In this document: positions 31,401 to 42,035 of the stretch, one piece after another | Layout of the letters: each line of letters starts with the position of its first letter | How positions within the stretch are numbered: the stretch's first letter is position 1 | Origin: Hyalangium minutum | Lineage (GTDB): Bacteria > Myxococcota > Myxococcia > Myxococcales > Myxococcaceae | Assembly (NCBI RefSeq): GCF_000737315.1 | Contig: NZ_JMCB01000015.1 | Span: 1-64,000 of the forward strand | Length of the DNA stretch: 64,000 bases | Reading direction: 5' to 3' | Position numbers and translations under genes: made by a program | The notes under the pieces: generated by a model | Seen by the model: only the letters and a program-made list of their open reading frames with translations | What the model was told of the DNA's origin: nothing | The model's database searches: none

Positions 31401-32273
31401 TCAACGGCCGGAGAGGGCCTCGGCGAGCAGAGGAAGCGCATCACCGGCCCGCGCCTCCACCCGCACGTCCGCCAGTTCCTCACCGCGGCACTCCCCAATG
31501 TTCAACATGCCGATGGGCATGTGGCGCTCGGCGGCGCGGAGCAAGAAGCGGTAGCCGGAGAAGACCGCCAGGGACGAGCCCACCACCAGCAGCGCGTCTC
31601 CCTCCTCCAGCATGGAGAACGCGGCCTCCACCTTGGGGCGCGGCACGTTGTCCCCAAAGAACACCACGTCCGGTTTCAGCGCCCCGCCGCAGTGCAGGCA
31701 ATCGGCGGCGCGGAAGGAGCGCACGGCCTCCACCGGCAGTTCGGCATCTCCATCCGGCCGCAGCTCCACCTGATGCTCCAGGAAGCCCGGGTTGAGCACG
31801 AGCAGCCGCTCCTGCAACGCCACGCGAGGCTCCCGCCCGTCGCAGGACAGGCACCGCACCTCCGCCAGCGCCCCATGCAGCTCGATGATTCGCGAGCTGC
31901 CCGCGGCATGGTGCAGCCGGTCCACGTTCTGGGTGATGAGGCCCAGCACGTGCCCGTCCCGCTCCATGGCCGCGAGCGCATGGTGCGCCGCGTTGGGACG
32001 CGCCGAGGAGAAGCGGGGCCAGCCGATCAGGCTGCGGGCCCAGTAGCGCGCGCGCACCTCGGAGCGCTGGAGGAACTCCATGTGCTGGATGGGATTGCGC
32101 GCCCGGGCCCGGGTGCCAGGCCCTCGGTAGTCCGGGATGCCCGACTCGGTGCTGCACCCAGCGCCCGTGAGCACCACGGTGCGGCGCCCCCGCAGCAGCT
32201 TCACCAGGGCTCCCACATCGGGAGACTGGGAGGAGACAGTCGCTGGAGCCACGGGAGCAGGCATCGCCCCCAT
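31401..32273 (-). CDS. Sir2-family NAD-dependent deacylase (class II, SIRT4-like)
   Basis: [27 protein letters not shown], CxxC pairs, [13 protein letters not shown]. Start 32273 or 32264. Confidence 0.93.
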   Translation of the reverse strand: MGAMPAPVAPATVSSQSPDVGALVKLLRGRRTVVLTGAGCSTESGIPDYRGPGTRARARNPIQHMEFLQRSEVRARYWARSLIGWPRFSSARPNAAHHALAAMERDGHVLGLITQNVDRLHHAAGSSRIIELHGALAEVRCLSCDGREPRVALQERLLVLNPGFLEHQVELRPDGDAELPVEAVRSFRAADCLHCGGALKPDVVFFGDNVPRPKVEAAFSMLEEGDALLVVGSSLAVFSGYRFLLRAAERHMPIGMLNIGECRGEELADVRVEARAGDALPLLAEALSGR

Positions 32274-32414
32274 GTATAGCGTCCGCCCCCCGCTTTTTGC
32301 ATGGCAGCCGACGCCGCGCCTGTCCGCCTGTTGAGAGGCCACCTTTCATGACGCAAGTGGGATTCGGCCCTCCCAGGGTTCCGCGCTAGCTTCGGAACCA
32401 AAGGGGAGGGTGCC

Positions 32415-32924
32415 ATGCGTGTCCGTGCATCATTGGCTCTTCTGCTCGCAGCGACAGGCTGCTCGACGACCTACAAGGTGCCACCGGCGGAGATCTCCCG
32501 GCTCAATGGCTGGTTCGTGCCGGACCTGGTGAAGCGGACGCCTGGGGATGGGCGCCTCGAGGATCCCAGCACCGTGCAGCTCCGGGACGTGGAAGGCCGT
32601 ACGCACCCGTTCACCGAGGACACCCCGCTGGTGCTCGTCCAGCGCGACGGGTCGGTCATCTCCGAGAAGTTCCTGGACGTCAGCGTGGACGGGCAGCACT
32701 TCCGGGGCGTCCCCCAGGATGCGTTCCGCCGGACCGTCGAGGTCCCCCTGGGCGAGGTCCAGTCCGCCGGCATCCAGGAGGTCAGTGTCGGCCGGACGGC
32801 CCTGCTGCTCTCCGGCATCGGCGCCGTGGTGGTGGGGGCGCTCATCGGGGCGAAGCTGGCCATCGGAGATGTACCCCGGAAGCCGGCGGGAGACCCCTGC
32901 GGCGACGTGGGCTGCCCGTTCTGA
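32415..32924 (+). CDS. Hypothetical lipoprotein with C-terminal hydrophobic helix
   Basis: Lipobox LAATGC; C-terminal TALLLSGIGAVVVGALIG. Confidence 0.75.
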   Translation: MRVRASLALLLAATGCSTTYKVPPAEISRLNGWFVPDLVKRTPGDGRLEDPSTVQLRDVEGRTHPFTEDTPLVLVQRDGSVISEKFLDVSVDGQHFRGVPQDAFRRTVEVPLGEVQSAGIQEVSVGRTALLLSGIGAVVVGALIGAKLAIGDVPRKPAGDPCGDVGCPF

Positions 32925-32930
32925 GCCCCG

Positions 32931-32957
32931 GGGGGACCGCGATGCTCTCGCGGTCCC
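32931..32957. terminator. Hairpin between convergent genes
   Basis: GGGGACCGCGA-TGCTC-TCGCGGTCCCC; no U-tract. Confidence 0.5.
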
Positions 32958-32965
32958 CGGATGGA

Positions 32966-34750
32966 TCACCCGCTCACGGAGTCTACGTAGAGCGAGCCCG
33001 TCCACGTGGCACCGGTGAAGATCTCCAGGCCGAGCTCCGCGAAGGGCGACACGGCGTTGGAGGGCACCGGGAGCGTGAGGGTGTTCCAGGCGTCCGCCTT
33101 CAAGGATGAGACGCCGAACCACGAGCCGGACCAGCGCCACCCGCCGCTTGCTCCTTGCAGCAGGTAGGGCTGGATCGCGGTGACGCGGCTGCCAGTGGGG
33201 AGCCACACGCGGAAGGACACGGTCCTTCCAGCGGGCACGGAGGCCCCTGCCACGGAGGCCTTGCCCACTCCACTGGGAGCGCCCGCCACCTTCACCTCGA
33301 GCGAGCGCCTGCCCGCGAAGGCCCGGGCGGTGGAGGAGGAGACACTCGGGACGATGCCCCAGCGCGTCCACCCTTGGGTGCCGCTCTCGAAGTCGAACGA
33401 CGACGTCGCCGGGGGAGGGGAAGGTGTGGGAGGCGGCGTGGGCTCGGTCGGGGGAGGAGGTGGGCCGCCCGGGGGCGTGGAGCCCGTAGCGGGAATGGCC
33501 AGGCCGCCCGCCTTGAGGAAGGCACCCGCGCGGCTCTTCATGAAGGGCTGGCCGTCCGTGTACACGTCATTGGTGTACGAGCTCTGTTGGCCCTCGCCCT
33601 TGCCGAAGAGCAGAGCGATGACACCGCTGCTGGCGAACTTCTCCCGGTGCGTGGCGCCGTTGGGGCCGAAGAAGTACTCGGGGCGGTTGTCCTTGTAGCC
33701 CTCGCGCGCGTTGCCCGTGTTGGGCGTGTTCAGGTGGTTCGAGTTCCCCAGGGGGATCTGCCACAGCACCCAGCGCTTGCCGGAGGCCACGTTCCACAGG
33801 CGCAGCCACTCGGCGTACCGGTTGAAGCTCTTGGAGAGGATGGAGGCCGTGTCGCTCTCAGCCCACCAGCGATCCTGGCCGCTCTGGGTGAGCCTGTAGA
33901 AGTCCGCGTCTCGATCGAGCGGATCGCCCACCAGCACGTCCCAGGTGGCGCCGGTGACGTTGGCCGCCAGGCCCAAGGGTTTGAGGAAGGTGTGGACCTG
34001 GGTCACCTCGGGTTCCAGCGGCTGCGTGACGGAGAAGTGGGCAATGTCTCCACTGCCCGCCCACGCGGAGATGTGGATGCCGAGGACGACGTTGCTGGCG
34101 CCCACCGCCTTGCGCAGCTGGAGGAAGGCGAGCCCCCAGCCCGCCACGGTGTTCGGCAACCCGCTCAGCTCGGGCAGCCCGGTGGCCGCCACCGCCGCAT
34201 AGGCGTTCGGGTTGTTCGCGGACTGCTTCTGCAGGTAGGCGAAGCCGTCCGCCTCCACGAGCACCATGACGGGCTTGCCGAACTCCTTGGCTCGTTGCAT
34301 GAGCACCTTGAAGTCGGCGAAGTAGCTCCTCATGGTGCCGGCGTTCTGGGCCTTGGCGAGGAACTGAGCCTCACCGCCGCCCGGCTCGCCGTTCATCTGG
34401 TAGTACTGGATGGCGGGCAGGAAGCCCTGGGTCTGGCACTCCTGCATGTACTGCAGGCCCCACTGGCCGTCGGCGGCGCCCCAGCCGAAGTTGTTGATCC
34501 AGCCCTTGACGAAGTAGCGGTAGCGCACGTCCCACGGCACGGCGCTGCTCTGCATCCACGTCTGGCCGGTGTCCTCGAACAGGCCCACTTGCAGGCGCGC
34601 GGGCAGGCCCGCGGGGATGGATCCATAGACGGATCCAACAACGGCCGACTGGCCAGTCGTGCGCTGGCTGTCGGCAGGCGTCTCATGGATCAACTCGGGC
34701 CCACAGGCGGCGAGCGCCGCGAGCGCGAGCACGGGAATGAAGTGTCTCAT
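32966..34750 (-). CDS. Lipoprotein, glycoside-hydrolase-like domain + Pro linker + CBM-like domain
   Basis: Lipobox LAAC; aromatic-rich catalytic-size domain (LVEADG, WQIPLGN); PPPP linker; FDFESGTQGW beta-sandwich. ATG at 34750. Confidence 0.7.
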   Translation of the reverse strand: MRHFIPVLALAALAACGPELIHETPADSQRTTGQSAVVGSVYGSIPAGLPARLQVGLFEDTGQTWMQSSAVPWDVRYRYFVKGWINNFGWGAADGQWGLQYMQECQTQGFLPAIQYYQMNGEPGGGEAQFLAKAQNAGTMRSYFADFKVLMQRAKEFGKPVMVLVEADGFAYLQKQSANNPNAYAAVAATGLPELSGLPNTVAGWGLAFLQLRKAVGASNVVLGIHISAWAGSGDIAHFSVTQPLEPEVTQVHTFLKPLGLAANVTGATWDVLVGDPLDRDADFYRLTQSGQDRWWAESDTASILSKSFNRYAEWLRLWNVASGKRWVLWQIPLGNSNHLNTPNTGNAREGYKDNRPEYFFGPNGATHREKFASSGVIALLFGKGEGQQSSYTNDVYTDGQPFMKSRAGAFLKAGGLAIPATGSTPPGGPPPPPTEPTPPPTPSPPPATSSFDFESGTQGWTRWGIVPSVSSSTARAFAGRRSLEVKVAGAPSGVGKASVAGASVPAGRTVSFRVWLPTGSRVTAIQPYLLQGASGGWRWSGSWFGVSSLKADAWNTLTLPVPSNAVSPFAELGLEIFTGATWTGSLYVDSVSG

Positions 34751-34854
34751 CGCCCCTCGGAACCGGGGGGCCACCTCACGCCGTTCCCAGGCGTCTCTTG
34801 CCTGCCCGCGGGCCCGGCCGATCCTCGGACAGAGGATCGGGCGGACGCATCGGG

Positions 34855-37020
34855 CTACTGCTCTACCCCGAGCTGCGTCAGCAGGAAGGCGTAGTTGAAC
34901 GCCCGCTCCTTGAGGGAGTCATAGCGCCCGGACGAGCCGCCGTGGCCGCCGTTCATGTTGATCTGGAAGAGCAGGGGGTTCGGGTCCGTCTTCAGCGCGC
35001 GCAGCTTCGCCACCCACTTGGCGGGCTCCCAGTACATGACCTGGCTGTCGTTGAAGCTCGTCTTCACCAGCATCGCTGGGTAGGCCTTGGCGGTGACGTT
35101 GGTGTACGGGCAGTACTGCCGCAGGTACTCGTACTCTTCCTTGACCTGCGGATTGCCCCACTCCTCGAACTCGCCCACGGTGAGCGGCAGGGTGGTGTCG
35201 CTCATGGTATTGAGCACGTCCACGAAGGGCACCTCGGCCAGCACCGCCTTGAAGAGATCCGGGCGCATGTTGGTGACGGCGCCCATCAGCAGGCCTCCCG
35301 CACTGCCACCCTGGATGGCCAGGCGCTCCTTCGAGGTGTAGCCCCGGGCCACCAGCGCTTCGGCCACGGCGATGAAGTCCGTGAAGGTGTTCATCTTCTG
35401 TCGCATGCGCCCGGCGTCGTGCCACGGCTTGCCCAGGTCTCCCCCTCCGCGCACGTGCGCCACGGCCACCGCCACGCCTCGGTCCAGCAGGGACAGCGCG
35501 TTGGAGTTGAAGAAGGGCATGCTGGGGATGCCGTAGGAGCCGTAGCCCTGGAGCAGCAGGGGCGCACGGCCGTCTTTTTTCAGGCCCTTGCGGTACACCA
35601 GGCTCACGGGCACCTGGGTACCGTCCTGGGCTGGCACCAGCAGCCGCTCTGTCTCGTAGCGCGAGGCGTCGTACCCGCCCAGCACCGCCTGTTGCTTGAG
35701 CAGCTTTCGCTCGCGGGTGTTCATGTCGTAGTCGAACACGGACCACGGCGTGATGAGCGAGGTGTACTGGAAGCGCAGCACGGGCGTGTCGAACTCCGCG
35801 TTCGAGCTGGGGAACACCGCGTAGCCCTGCTCGGGGAACTGGATGCGGTGGCTGGCGCCCGTCTTGAGATCGGTGATGAGCAGCTGCGGCTGGCCGGTGT
35901 CCCGCTCCAGGACGGCGAGGTGGTTCTTGAAGAGGACCAGGTTCTCGAGCATCACCTGCGGACGGTGCGCGATGAGCTCCTTCCAGTTCTTCTGGCCTGG
36001 GGACTTCACGGGCGCGGTGACGAGGCGGAAGTTGCGGCCACCCGAGTTGGTGAGAATGTAGAAGAGGCCACCGTGGTGGTCCACGCTGTACTCATGGTCC
36101 TGCTTCCGCGGCTCCACGACCTGGAACTGCGCGGAGGGCTTGGTTGCTGGCAGGAAGCGCACCTCGCTCGTGGTGGAGCTGGTGGAGCTGATGAGGATGT
36201 ACTCGTTCGAGAGCGTGCGCTGGACGGACAGCCGGAAGTGCTCGTTCTTCTCCTCATAGACGAGCGTGTCCGTTTGGCTGTCCGTGCCCACGGTGTGGCG
36301 CCACACGCGGTAGGAGCGCTTGGCATCGTCCTCGGTGGCGTAGAAGAAGGTGCGGTTGTCCGCGGCCCAGGCTCCGTCGAAGCCGGCCGTGTGCTCGATG
36401 CGCTCCGGGCCGAGCTTCCCGGTGCGCAAGTCCTTCACGTGGAGGGTGAACTCACGGAAGCCCGTGGTGTCCACGGAGTAGGCCAGCAGGTTGCCGTCAT
36501 CGCTCACCTCGAAGGTGCCCACGCGGAAGAACTTGAAGCCCTCGGAGAGCACGTTGGGATTGAGCAGCACCTCCTCGGGGGCCTCCAGGCTGCCCTTCTT
36601 CCGGCAGAAGATGGGGTACTGCTTCCCCTCCTCGGTGCGGGAGTAATAGAAGAAGCCGCCCTTGCGGTAGGGCACCTCCAGGTCCGTCTGTTGGATGCGC
36701 CCGAGCATCTCCGCGTAGAGCTTCTGCTGAAGAGCCTCGGTGGGCTTCATCACCTGGGCGGTGTAGGCCGCCTCCGCCTCCAGGTAGGCGCGGACCTCGG
36801 GATTCTCCTTCTCGCGCAGCCAGAAGTAGTCGTCCTGCCGGGTGTCTCCGTGTTGGGTGACGGGGTGGGGAAGGCGCTTGGCCACGGGCGGCGTGGGCCG
36901 AGCCGGCGCGGGTGCTGTCGCCGAGGGAGCGGGAGGAGCCGCCTGCGGCGCGGGAGCGGGGGGCGGAGGGGTGGCACAAGCCACGGCGAGCGCTGCCAGG
37001 AAGAGCGGAGAGAGGCGCAT
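34855..37020 (-). CDS. ptrB: Oligopeptidase B (peptidase S9A), lipoprotein-anchored
   Basis: HGDTRQDDYFWLR, GYGSYG, QGGSAGG nucleophile, VPFVDV, DSQV, GGHGG; lipobox LAVAC; ATG at 37020. Confidence 0.93.
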   Translation of the reverse strand: MRLSPLFLAALAVACATPPPPAPAPQAAPPAPSATAPAPARPTPPVAKRLPHPVTQHGDTRQDDYFWLREKENPEVRAYLEAEAAYTAQVMKPTEALQQKLYAEMLGRIQQTDLEVPYRKGGFFYYSRTEEGKQYPIFCRKKGSLEAPEEVLLNPNVLSEGFKFFRVGTFEVSDDGNLLAYSVDTTGFREFTLHVKDLRTGKLGPERIEHTAGFDGAWAADNRTFFYATEDDAKRSYRVWRHTVGTDSQTDTLVYEEKNEHFRLSVQRTLSNEYILISSTSSTTSEVRFLPATKPSAQFQVVEPRKQDHEYSVDHHGGLFYILTNSGGRNFRLVTAPVKSPGQKNWKELIAHRPQVMLENLVLFKNHLAVLERDTGQPQLLITDLKTGASHRIQFPEQGYAVFPSSNAEFDTPVLRFQYTSLITPWSVFDYDMNTRERKLLKQQAVLGGYDASRYETERLLVPAQDGTQVPVSLVYRKGLKKDGRAPLLLQGYGSYGIPSMPFFNSNALSLLDRGVAVAVAHVRGGGDLGKPWHDAGRMRQKMNTFTDFIAVAEALVARGYTSKERLAIQGGSAGGLLMGAVTNMRPDLFKAVLAEVPFVDVLNTMSDTTLPLTVGEFEEWGNPQVKEEYEYLRQYCPYTNVTAKAYPAMLVKTSFNDSQVMYWEPAKWVAKLRALKTDPNPLLFQINMNGGHGGSSGRYDSLKERAFNYAFLLTQLGVEQ

Positions 37021-37160
37021 GGGCGGGCGAGAGAGAAGGGGTTGCGCTGGAGACCAGTGCGAAGGGGTTAGCTCAAGCGTGAGTCTTTGAAAAGGCGCCT
37101 GTCCGGGAGCACCGGGCCAGAAACTGGAGCCGTCGCATGGTGGCGATACATTCCTGTGGC

Positions 37161-37676
37161 ATGGGACTCGATAAGAGAGAGCTGATTTCTCAGCTCGCCG
37201 AACGTCTCCAGTACAGCGACCGGCTCGCCCACCGCGCGGAGGCTGAGGCGCGTGAGGCTGCACGCAGTCTGGCAACGGAGTCGGAGAAGAAGGAGGACGG
37301 CCGGGCCGCCATCGAGTACGGCAGCCTTGCCACGGGACAGGCCGCACGTGCTCGCCGCGTTCAGGAGGAGCTGAGCGCGCTCAACGCCTTCCAGCAGGCT
37401 GCGCTGCCGCGCTTCGAGCGCAAGAGCCCGGTGTCTCTGGGCGCCATCGTGGATGTCCGCACAGAGGATGAGGACGGCTACGACGAGCGGACGTTCTTCC
37501 TGCTCCCGGTGGGCGCGGGGACGGAGCTGACGGGCCCGGGCGGAGATGGCTTTCTCTCCGTCATCACACCCGCCTCGCCGGTGGGCCGGGCCCTAATGGG
37601 CCGCCGCACCGGAGACTGCATCGAGGTGACCCTCGCGGGCGAAGTGCACGAGTGGACGGTGCTCGACGTGGCGTGA
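37161..37676 (+). CDS. GreA/GreB-family protein
   Basis: N-terminal coiled coil; C-terminal VITPASPVGRALMG..GD motif. Confidence 0.8.
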   Translation: MGLDKRELISQLAERLQYSDRLAHRAEAEAREAARSLATESEKKEDGRAAIEYGSLATGQAARARRVQEELSALNAFQQAALPRFERKSPVSLGAIVDVRTEDEDGYDERTFFLLPVGAGTELTGPGGDGFLSVITPASPVGRALMGRRTGDCIEVTLAGEVHEWTVLDVA

Positions 37677-37679
37677 GGC

Positions 37680-38471
37680 TCAGGCCGCCACGGACACCGA
37701 GACGCTCCCCAGTCCTTCCACGGTGAGCCGGACCTGATCGCCCGGCTTCATCATGTGCGCGACCGTGGCGGCACCCGCCAGCACGATGCTCCCCGCAGGC
37801 AGGGACTCGCCGCGCTCGGCCAGCAGCTCGCACAGCTGCACCACGGACAGCAGCGGGTCTCCCGAGATGGCGCTGGAGAGCGCTGACTGCACCTGCACGC
37901 CGTTCACCTCCATCGACATCGGGAGCTTCGCCAGCTCCAGCTCGCGCGGCGGCCGCTCGGTGGTGCCCAGCACGAACATGGACGAGGAGGAGTTGTCCGC
38001 CACCACGTCCGGCAGCGAGAAGTATTTGAAGTCCACGTACCGCGAGTCGAGGATCTCCATCGCCACCATCGCGCTGGAGCACGCATCGAGCGCCTCCTCG
38101 CGAGAGATCTTCCCGCGCAGCTCGCGCGAGGTGCGGAACGCGATCTCCGGCTCGATCTTCGGGTGGATGAAGCCCTGCAGCCGGAACACGCCCCCGGCAG
38201 GCACCTGCATCTTGTCCGTGAGCACCCCATACACGGGTGAGTCCAGGTTCATCTGCTTGCGCTTGGCCTCGGACGTCAGCCCCATCTTCATGCCGATCAC
38301 CCGCTCGCCCCGCGCTGTGCGCAGCTGGATGCCCTCGGCCTGAATCGCATACGCGTCCCGCAGAGGCAGCTCCGCGTGCGTGCGGGTAAGGGGAGGAACC
38401 TCCCGGGCCTCGAGCCGCGCCTGGTCCAGCAGCCGGGCCAGCTCCTGATGATTCTGTGCCGTCAATGCCAT
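37680..38471 (-). CDS. 4-oxalocrotonate decarboxylase / 2-keto-4-pentenoate hydratase (FAH family)
   Basis: GMKMGLTS, PKIEPEIAF, EILDSRY, VVADNSS motifs; divergent from the kynurenine operon. Confidence 0.88.
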   Translation of the reverse strand: MALTAQNHQELARLLDQARLEAREVPPLTRTHAELPLRDAYAIQAEGIQLRTARGERVIGMKMGLTSEAKRKQMNLDSPVYGVLTDKMQVPAGGVFRLQGFIHPKIEPEIAFRTSRELRGKISREEALDACSSAMVAMEILDSRYVDFKYFSLPDVVADNSSSSMFVLGTTERPPRELELAKLPMSMEVNGVQVQSALSSAISGDPLLSVVQLCELLAERGESLPAGSIVLAGAATVAHMMKPGDQVRLTVEGLGSVSVSVAA

Positions 38472-38632
38472 GTGCTTGCTCCCCGACAACCAGGGCGGGC
38501 GAGCTTCCCGGCACCCCCGGTGCGGCGCAAGCAGCTTCTGCCGCCTATGTGAAATCCTGGGGGCTCCGAGCCGTGACCTGGCGAGCGCCCCCGTGCTATT
38601 CGGGCGCCCGGTCGTCCGAGGAGGAATCCTGC

Positions 38633-40075
38633 ATGCAGAAGGTCCTCAACTACATCGGCGGAGAGCTGGTTCCCCCCAGCGCCCAGAAGTGGCTCGAAAA
38701 GCCTGAGCCCGCCACGGCCGAGCCCTACGCCCACGTGCCCGACTCGGACGAGACCGATGTCCGCCGCGCTGTCGAGGCTGCCGCCCGTGCTTTCCCTGCC
38801 TGGGCCGCCACGCCCGCCTCCGACCGCTCGCGTTTGCTGCGCCGCGTCGCGGAGGCCATTCGCGCCCGGCTGCCCGAGTTCGCTCGCGCCGAGTCCATCG
38901 ACACGGGCAAGCCGCTCTCGGTGGCCTCCACCGTGGACATTCCGCGCAGCATCCTCAACTTCGAGTTCTTCGCGGACGCGGCCACCCAGTTCTCCAGCGA
39001 GGCCCACGCCACCGACTCCGTGGCGCTCAACTACACCCTGCGCTCGCCGCTGGGCGTCGTCGGGTGCATCTCACCGTGGAACCTGCCGCTCTACCTGTTC
39101 ACCTGGAAGATCGCCCCCGCGCTCGCCATGGGCAACTGCGTCATCGGCAAGCCCTCCGAGGTGACGCCGATGACGGCCTTCCTCCTCTCGCAGGTGTGCC
39201 GCGACGCGGGGCTGCCTCCCGGCGTGCTCAACATCGTCCACGGGCTGGGCGCCAAGGTCGGCGCCCCCATGAGCAGCCACCCTGAGATCAAGGCGATCTC
39301 CTTTACGGGGAGCACCCGCGTGGGCGCGGAGATTGCCCGCACCGCCGCGCCCCTCTTCAAGAAGATCTCCCTGGAGATGGGCGGTAAGAACCCCAACGTC
39401 ATCTTCGCCGACTGCGACTTCGACGAGGCGCTCGCCACCACGCTGCGCTCCTCGTTCGCCAACCAGGGGCAGATCTGCCTCTGTGGTCCGCGCATCTTCG
39501 TCCAGGCGCCCATCTATGAGCGGTTCAAGGCCGCGCTCGTGGAGCGCACGCGGGCCCTCAAGGTGGGCGACCCGCTGGAGGCGGGCACGGACCAGGGCGC
39601 GCTCGTGTCCCAGCAGCACTTCGACAAGGTGATGAGCTACATCGAGCTGGCCCAGAAGGAGGGTGGGAAGATCCTCACGGGTGGCGGCCGCGCGAAGCTG
39701 GCGGGCCGGTGCCGCAACGGCTGGTTCGTGGAGCCCACGCTCGTGGAGGGCTTGGGCTCCGAGTGCCGCACCAACCAGGAGGAGATCTTCGGTCCCGTGG
39801 CCACGCTCACCCCCTTCGAGAAGGAGGAGGAGGTGCTCGCCTGGGCCAACTCCACCAGCTACGGCCTGGCCGCCAGCGTGTGGACGAAGGACCTCAGCCG
39901 CGCCCACCGCTTCGCCGCCAAGCTGCACAGCGGCATCGTCTGGATCAACTGTTGGATGCTGAGAGACCTGCGTACGCCGTTTGGCGGTGTGAAGGACTCG
40001 GGCGTGGGACGGGAGGGCGGCCAGGAAGTGCTGCGCTTCTTCACCGAGCCCAAGAACGTGTGCGTGAAGCTATGA
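38633..40075 (+). CDS. 2-aminomuconate-6-semialdehyde dehydrogenase (ALDH8-like)
   Basis: PWNLP, ISFTGS, LEMGGKNP, NQGQICLC, EEIFGPV, WINCW; operon context. Confidence 0.88.
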   Translation: MQKVLNYIGGELVPPSAQKWLEKPEPATAEPYAHVPDSDETDVRRAVEAAARAFPAWAATPASDRSRLLRRVAEAIRARLPEFARAESIDTGKPLSVASTVDIPRSILNFEFFADAATQFSSEAHATDSVALNYTLRSPLGVVGCISPWNLPLYLFTWKIAPALAMGNCVIGKPSEVTPMTAFLLSQVCRDAGLPPGVLNIVHGLGAKVGAPMSSHPEIKAISFTGSTRVGAEIARTAAPLFKKISLEMGGKNPNVIFADCDFDEALATTLRSSFANQGQICLCGPRIFVQAPIYERFKAALVERTRALKVGDPLEAGTDQGALVSQQHFDKVMSYIELAQKEGGKILTGGGRAKLAGRCRNGWFVEPTLVEGLGSECRTNQEEIFGPVATLTPFEKEEEVLAWANSTSYGLAASVWTKDLSRAHRFAAKLHSGIVWINCWMLRDLRTPFGGVKDSGVGREGGQEVLRFFTEPKNVCVKL

Positions 40076-40497
40076 GCCAGGAAGAGCGGATCGACTCGAA
40101 GCGGGCCCCCGAGCCGGTGGGCCTCTATCCCCACGCCCGGCGCGTGGGCAACCTCCTGTTCCTGTCCGGGGTGGGGCCTCGCGAGCGCGGCACCAAGAAG
40201 ATCCCCGGCGTGGAGCTGGATGCCCAGGGCAACATCACCTCCTATGACATCGAGGCCCAGTGCCACTCGGTGTTCCGCAACGTGCGGTACATCCTCGAGG
40301 AGGCGGGCTCCTCATGGGACCGGCTGGTGGATGTCACGGTCTACCTCACCAACATGAAGGCGGACTTCCCCATCTACAACCGGCTGTGGGCGGAGTACTT
40401 CAAGGACAACCCGCCGTGCCGCACCACGCTGGAGATCAACGCGCTGCCCACGCCGATCGCGATTGAGCTCAAGTGCATCGCCACGATTGGAGATTGA
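40072..40497 (+). CDS. RidA-family 2-aminomuconate deaminase
   Basis: PVGLYPHARRVGNLLFLSG, PCRTT, IELKCIA; ATGA overlap with the ALDH stop. Confidence 0.85.
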   Translation: MSQEERIDSKRAPEPVGLYPHARRVGNLLFLSGVGPRERGTKKIPGVELDAQGNITSYDIEAQCHSVFRNVRYILEEAGSSWDRLVDVTVYLTNMKADFPIYNRLWAEYFKDNPPCRTTLEINALPTPIAIELKCIATIGD

Positions 40498-40500
40498 GCC

Positions 40501-41022
40501 ATGGCCCTGATGCCGCCCTTCAACTTCAAGAAGTGGATCGACGAGCACCGCCACTTGCTCAAGCCCCCCGTGGGCAACCAGCTGGTGTGGAAGGACCAGG
40601 AGTTCATCGTCATGGTGGTGGGCGGGCCCAACTCGCGCACGGACTTCCACATCGACGAGAGCGAGGAGTTCTTCTACCAGCTCGAGGGTGACATCAACCT
40701 GCGCATCATCGAGGACGGCAAGCCGAGAGACTTGCCCATCCGCGAGGGCGACATCTTCCTGCTGCCCCCCAAGGTGCCGCACTCGCCGCAGCGGCCCGCG
40801 GGCACGGTGGGGCTGGTCATCGAGCGCCGCCGCCAGCCGCACGAGCAGGATGGCTTCGCGTGGTTCTGCCCTCGGTGTGACAGCAAGCTGTACGAGGAGT
40901 ACCTCCACGTCTCCAACATCGTCACGCAGCTGCCGCCGGTGTTCGACCGCTTCTACAGCGACCCGAAGCACTGCACCTGCAAGCAGTGCGGCTTCCAGAT
41001 GACCCGGAGCGGGGGCAAGTGA
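40501..41022 (+). CDS. nbaC: 3-hydroxyanthranilate 3,4-dioxygenase
   Basis: [32 protein letters not shown], rubredoxin-like CPRC...CKQC. Confidence 0.96.
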   Translation: MALMPPFNFKKWIDEHRHLLKPPVGNQLVWKDQEFIVMVVGGPNSRTDFHIDESEEFFYQLEGDINLRIIEDGKPRDLPIREGDIFLLPPKVPHSPQRPAGTVGLVIERRRQPHEQDGFAWFCPRCDSKLYEEYLHVSNIVTQLPPVFDRFYSDPKHCTCKQCGFQMTRSGGK

Positions 41023-42035
41023 AGATCGACATTCACACCCATCTGCTCCCGGCCGAGCTGCCGCGCTTCGCCGAGCGCTACGGCTACGGCGGGTTCATCC
41101 AGCTGGATCACCACGCCCCGTGCCGCGCTCGGATGATGCGGGACGACGGGAAGTTCTTCCGCGAGATCGCGAGCAACTGCTGGGACCCGGCGCAGCGCCT
41201 CAAGGAGTGCGACGCGGCCGGCGTCTCCGTCCAGGTGCTCTCCACCGTGCCGGTGATGTTCAGCTACTGGGCCAAGCCCGAGCACGGGCTGGATATCTCG
41301 CGCTTCCTCAATGACCACCTGGCCTCCGTGGTGCGTGGCAGCCCGCGCCGGTTCGCGGGCCTGGGCACCGTGCCGCTCCAGGACGTGAAGCGGGCTGTGA
41401 GCGAGCTGGAGCGCTGCATGCGCGAGCTGGGGCTGGCGGGCGTGCAGATCGGCTCGCACGTGAACGGCACCAACCTGGGCGACCCGGCGCTGTTCCCTTT
41501 CTTCGAGGCAGCGGCCGAGCTGGGCGCGGCGGTGTTCGTCCACCCGTGGGACATGCTCGGCGGCGCGCGAATGGAGAAGTATTGGCTGCCGTGGCTCGTG
41601 GGCATGCCCGCCGAGGTGGCCCTGGCCATCACCACCCTCATCTTCTCTGGCACGCTGGAGCGGCTGCCCAAGCTGCGGCTCGCGTTCGCGCACGGTGGCG
41701 GCGCGTTCCCGGGCACGCTCGGCCGCATCCAGCACGGCTTCGAGGCCCGGCCGGATCTGGTGGCCGTGGACAACAAGGTGGCGCCGCGCGACTACCTGGG
41801 GCGGTTCTGGGTGGACTCGCTCGTCCATGACACGGACACGCTGCGCTTTATCGTCAAGCTGTTCGGCCCGGAGAAGGTGGCGCTCGGCAGCGACTACCCG
41901 TTCCCGCTCGGCGAGGATCGTCCGGGCACGCAGATCGAGTCCCTGTCTGGCCTGGAGCCCTCCACCCGCGAGCGGCTCCTGTGGCGCAACGCGCTCGAGT
42001 GGCTTGGGCGTGCGCGGGAGGAGTTCGCTCCATGA
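41019..42035 (+). CDS. nbaD: ACMS decarboxylase (amidohydrolase family)
   Basis: [47 protein letters not shown]; GTG at 41019. Confidence 0.94.
   Translation: MKIDIHTHLLPAELPRFAERYGYGGFIQLDHHAPCRARMMRDDGKFFREIASNCWDPAQRLKECDAAGVSVQVLSTVPVMFSYWAKPEHGLDISRFLNDHLASVVRGSPRRFAGLGTVPLQDVKRAVSELERCMRELGLAGVQIGSHVNGTNLGDPALFPFFEAAAELGAAVFVHPWDMLGGARMEKYWLPWLVGMPAEVALAITTLIFSGTLERLPKLRLAFAHGGGAFPGTLGRIQHGFEARPDLVAVDNKVAPRDYLGRFWVDSLVHDTDTLRFIVKLFGPEKVALGSDYPFPLGEDRPGTQIESLSGLEPSTRERLLWRNALEWLGRAREEFAP

Noticed and set aside
28118-32273. JAB (RadC) + HNH + nucleotidyltransferase + Sir2 in 4 kb, suggesting a CBASS/Thoeris-like defence system
   Set aside because: Genes are on mixed strands. RadC has the ordinary HhH N-terminus, Sir2 is a Zn-binding class II deacylase, the NTase is not CD-NTase-like, and the HNH is a lipoprotein with its own SUKH partner.
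37161-37676. Calling this gene greA or greB
   Set aside because: The C-terminal domain fits, but the canonical GDLSENAEY motif is absent; left as a family-level call.
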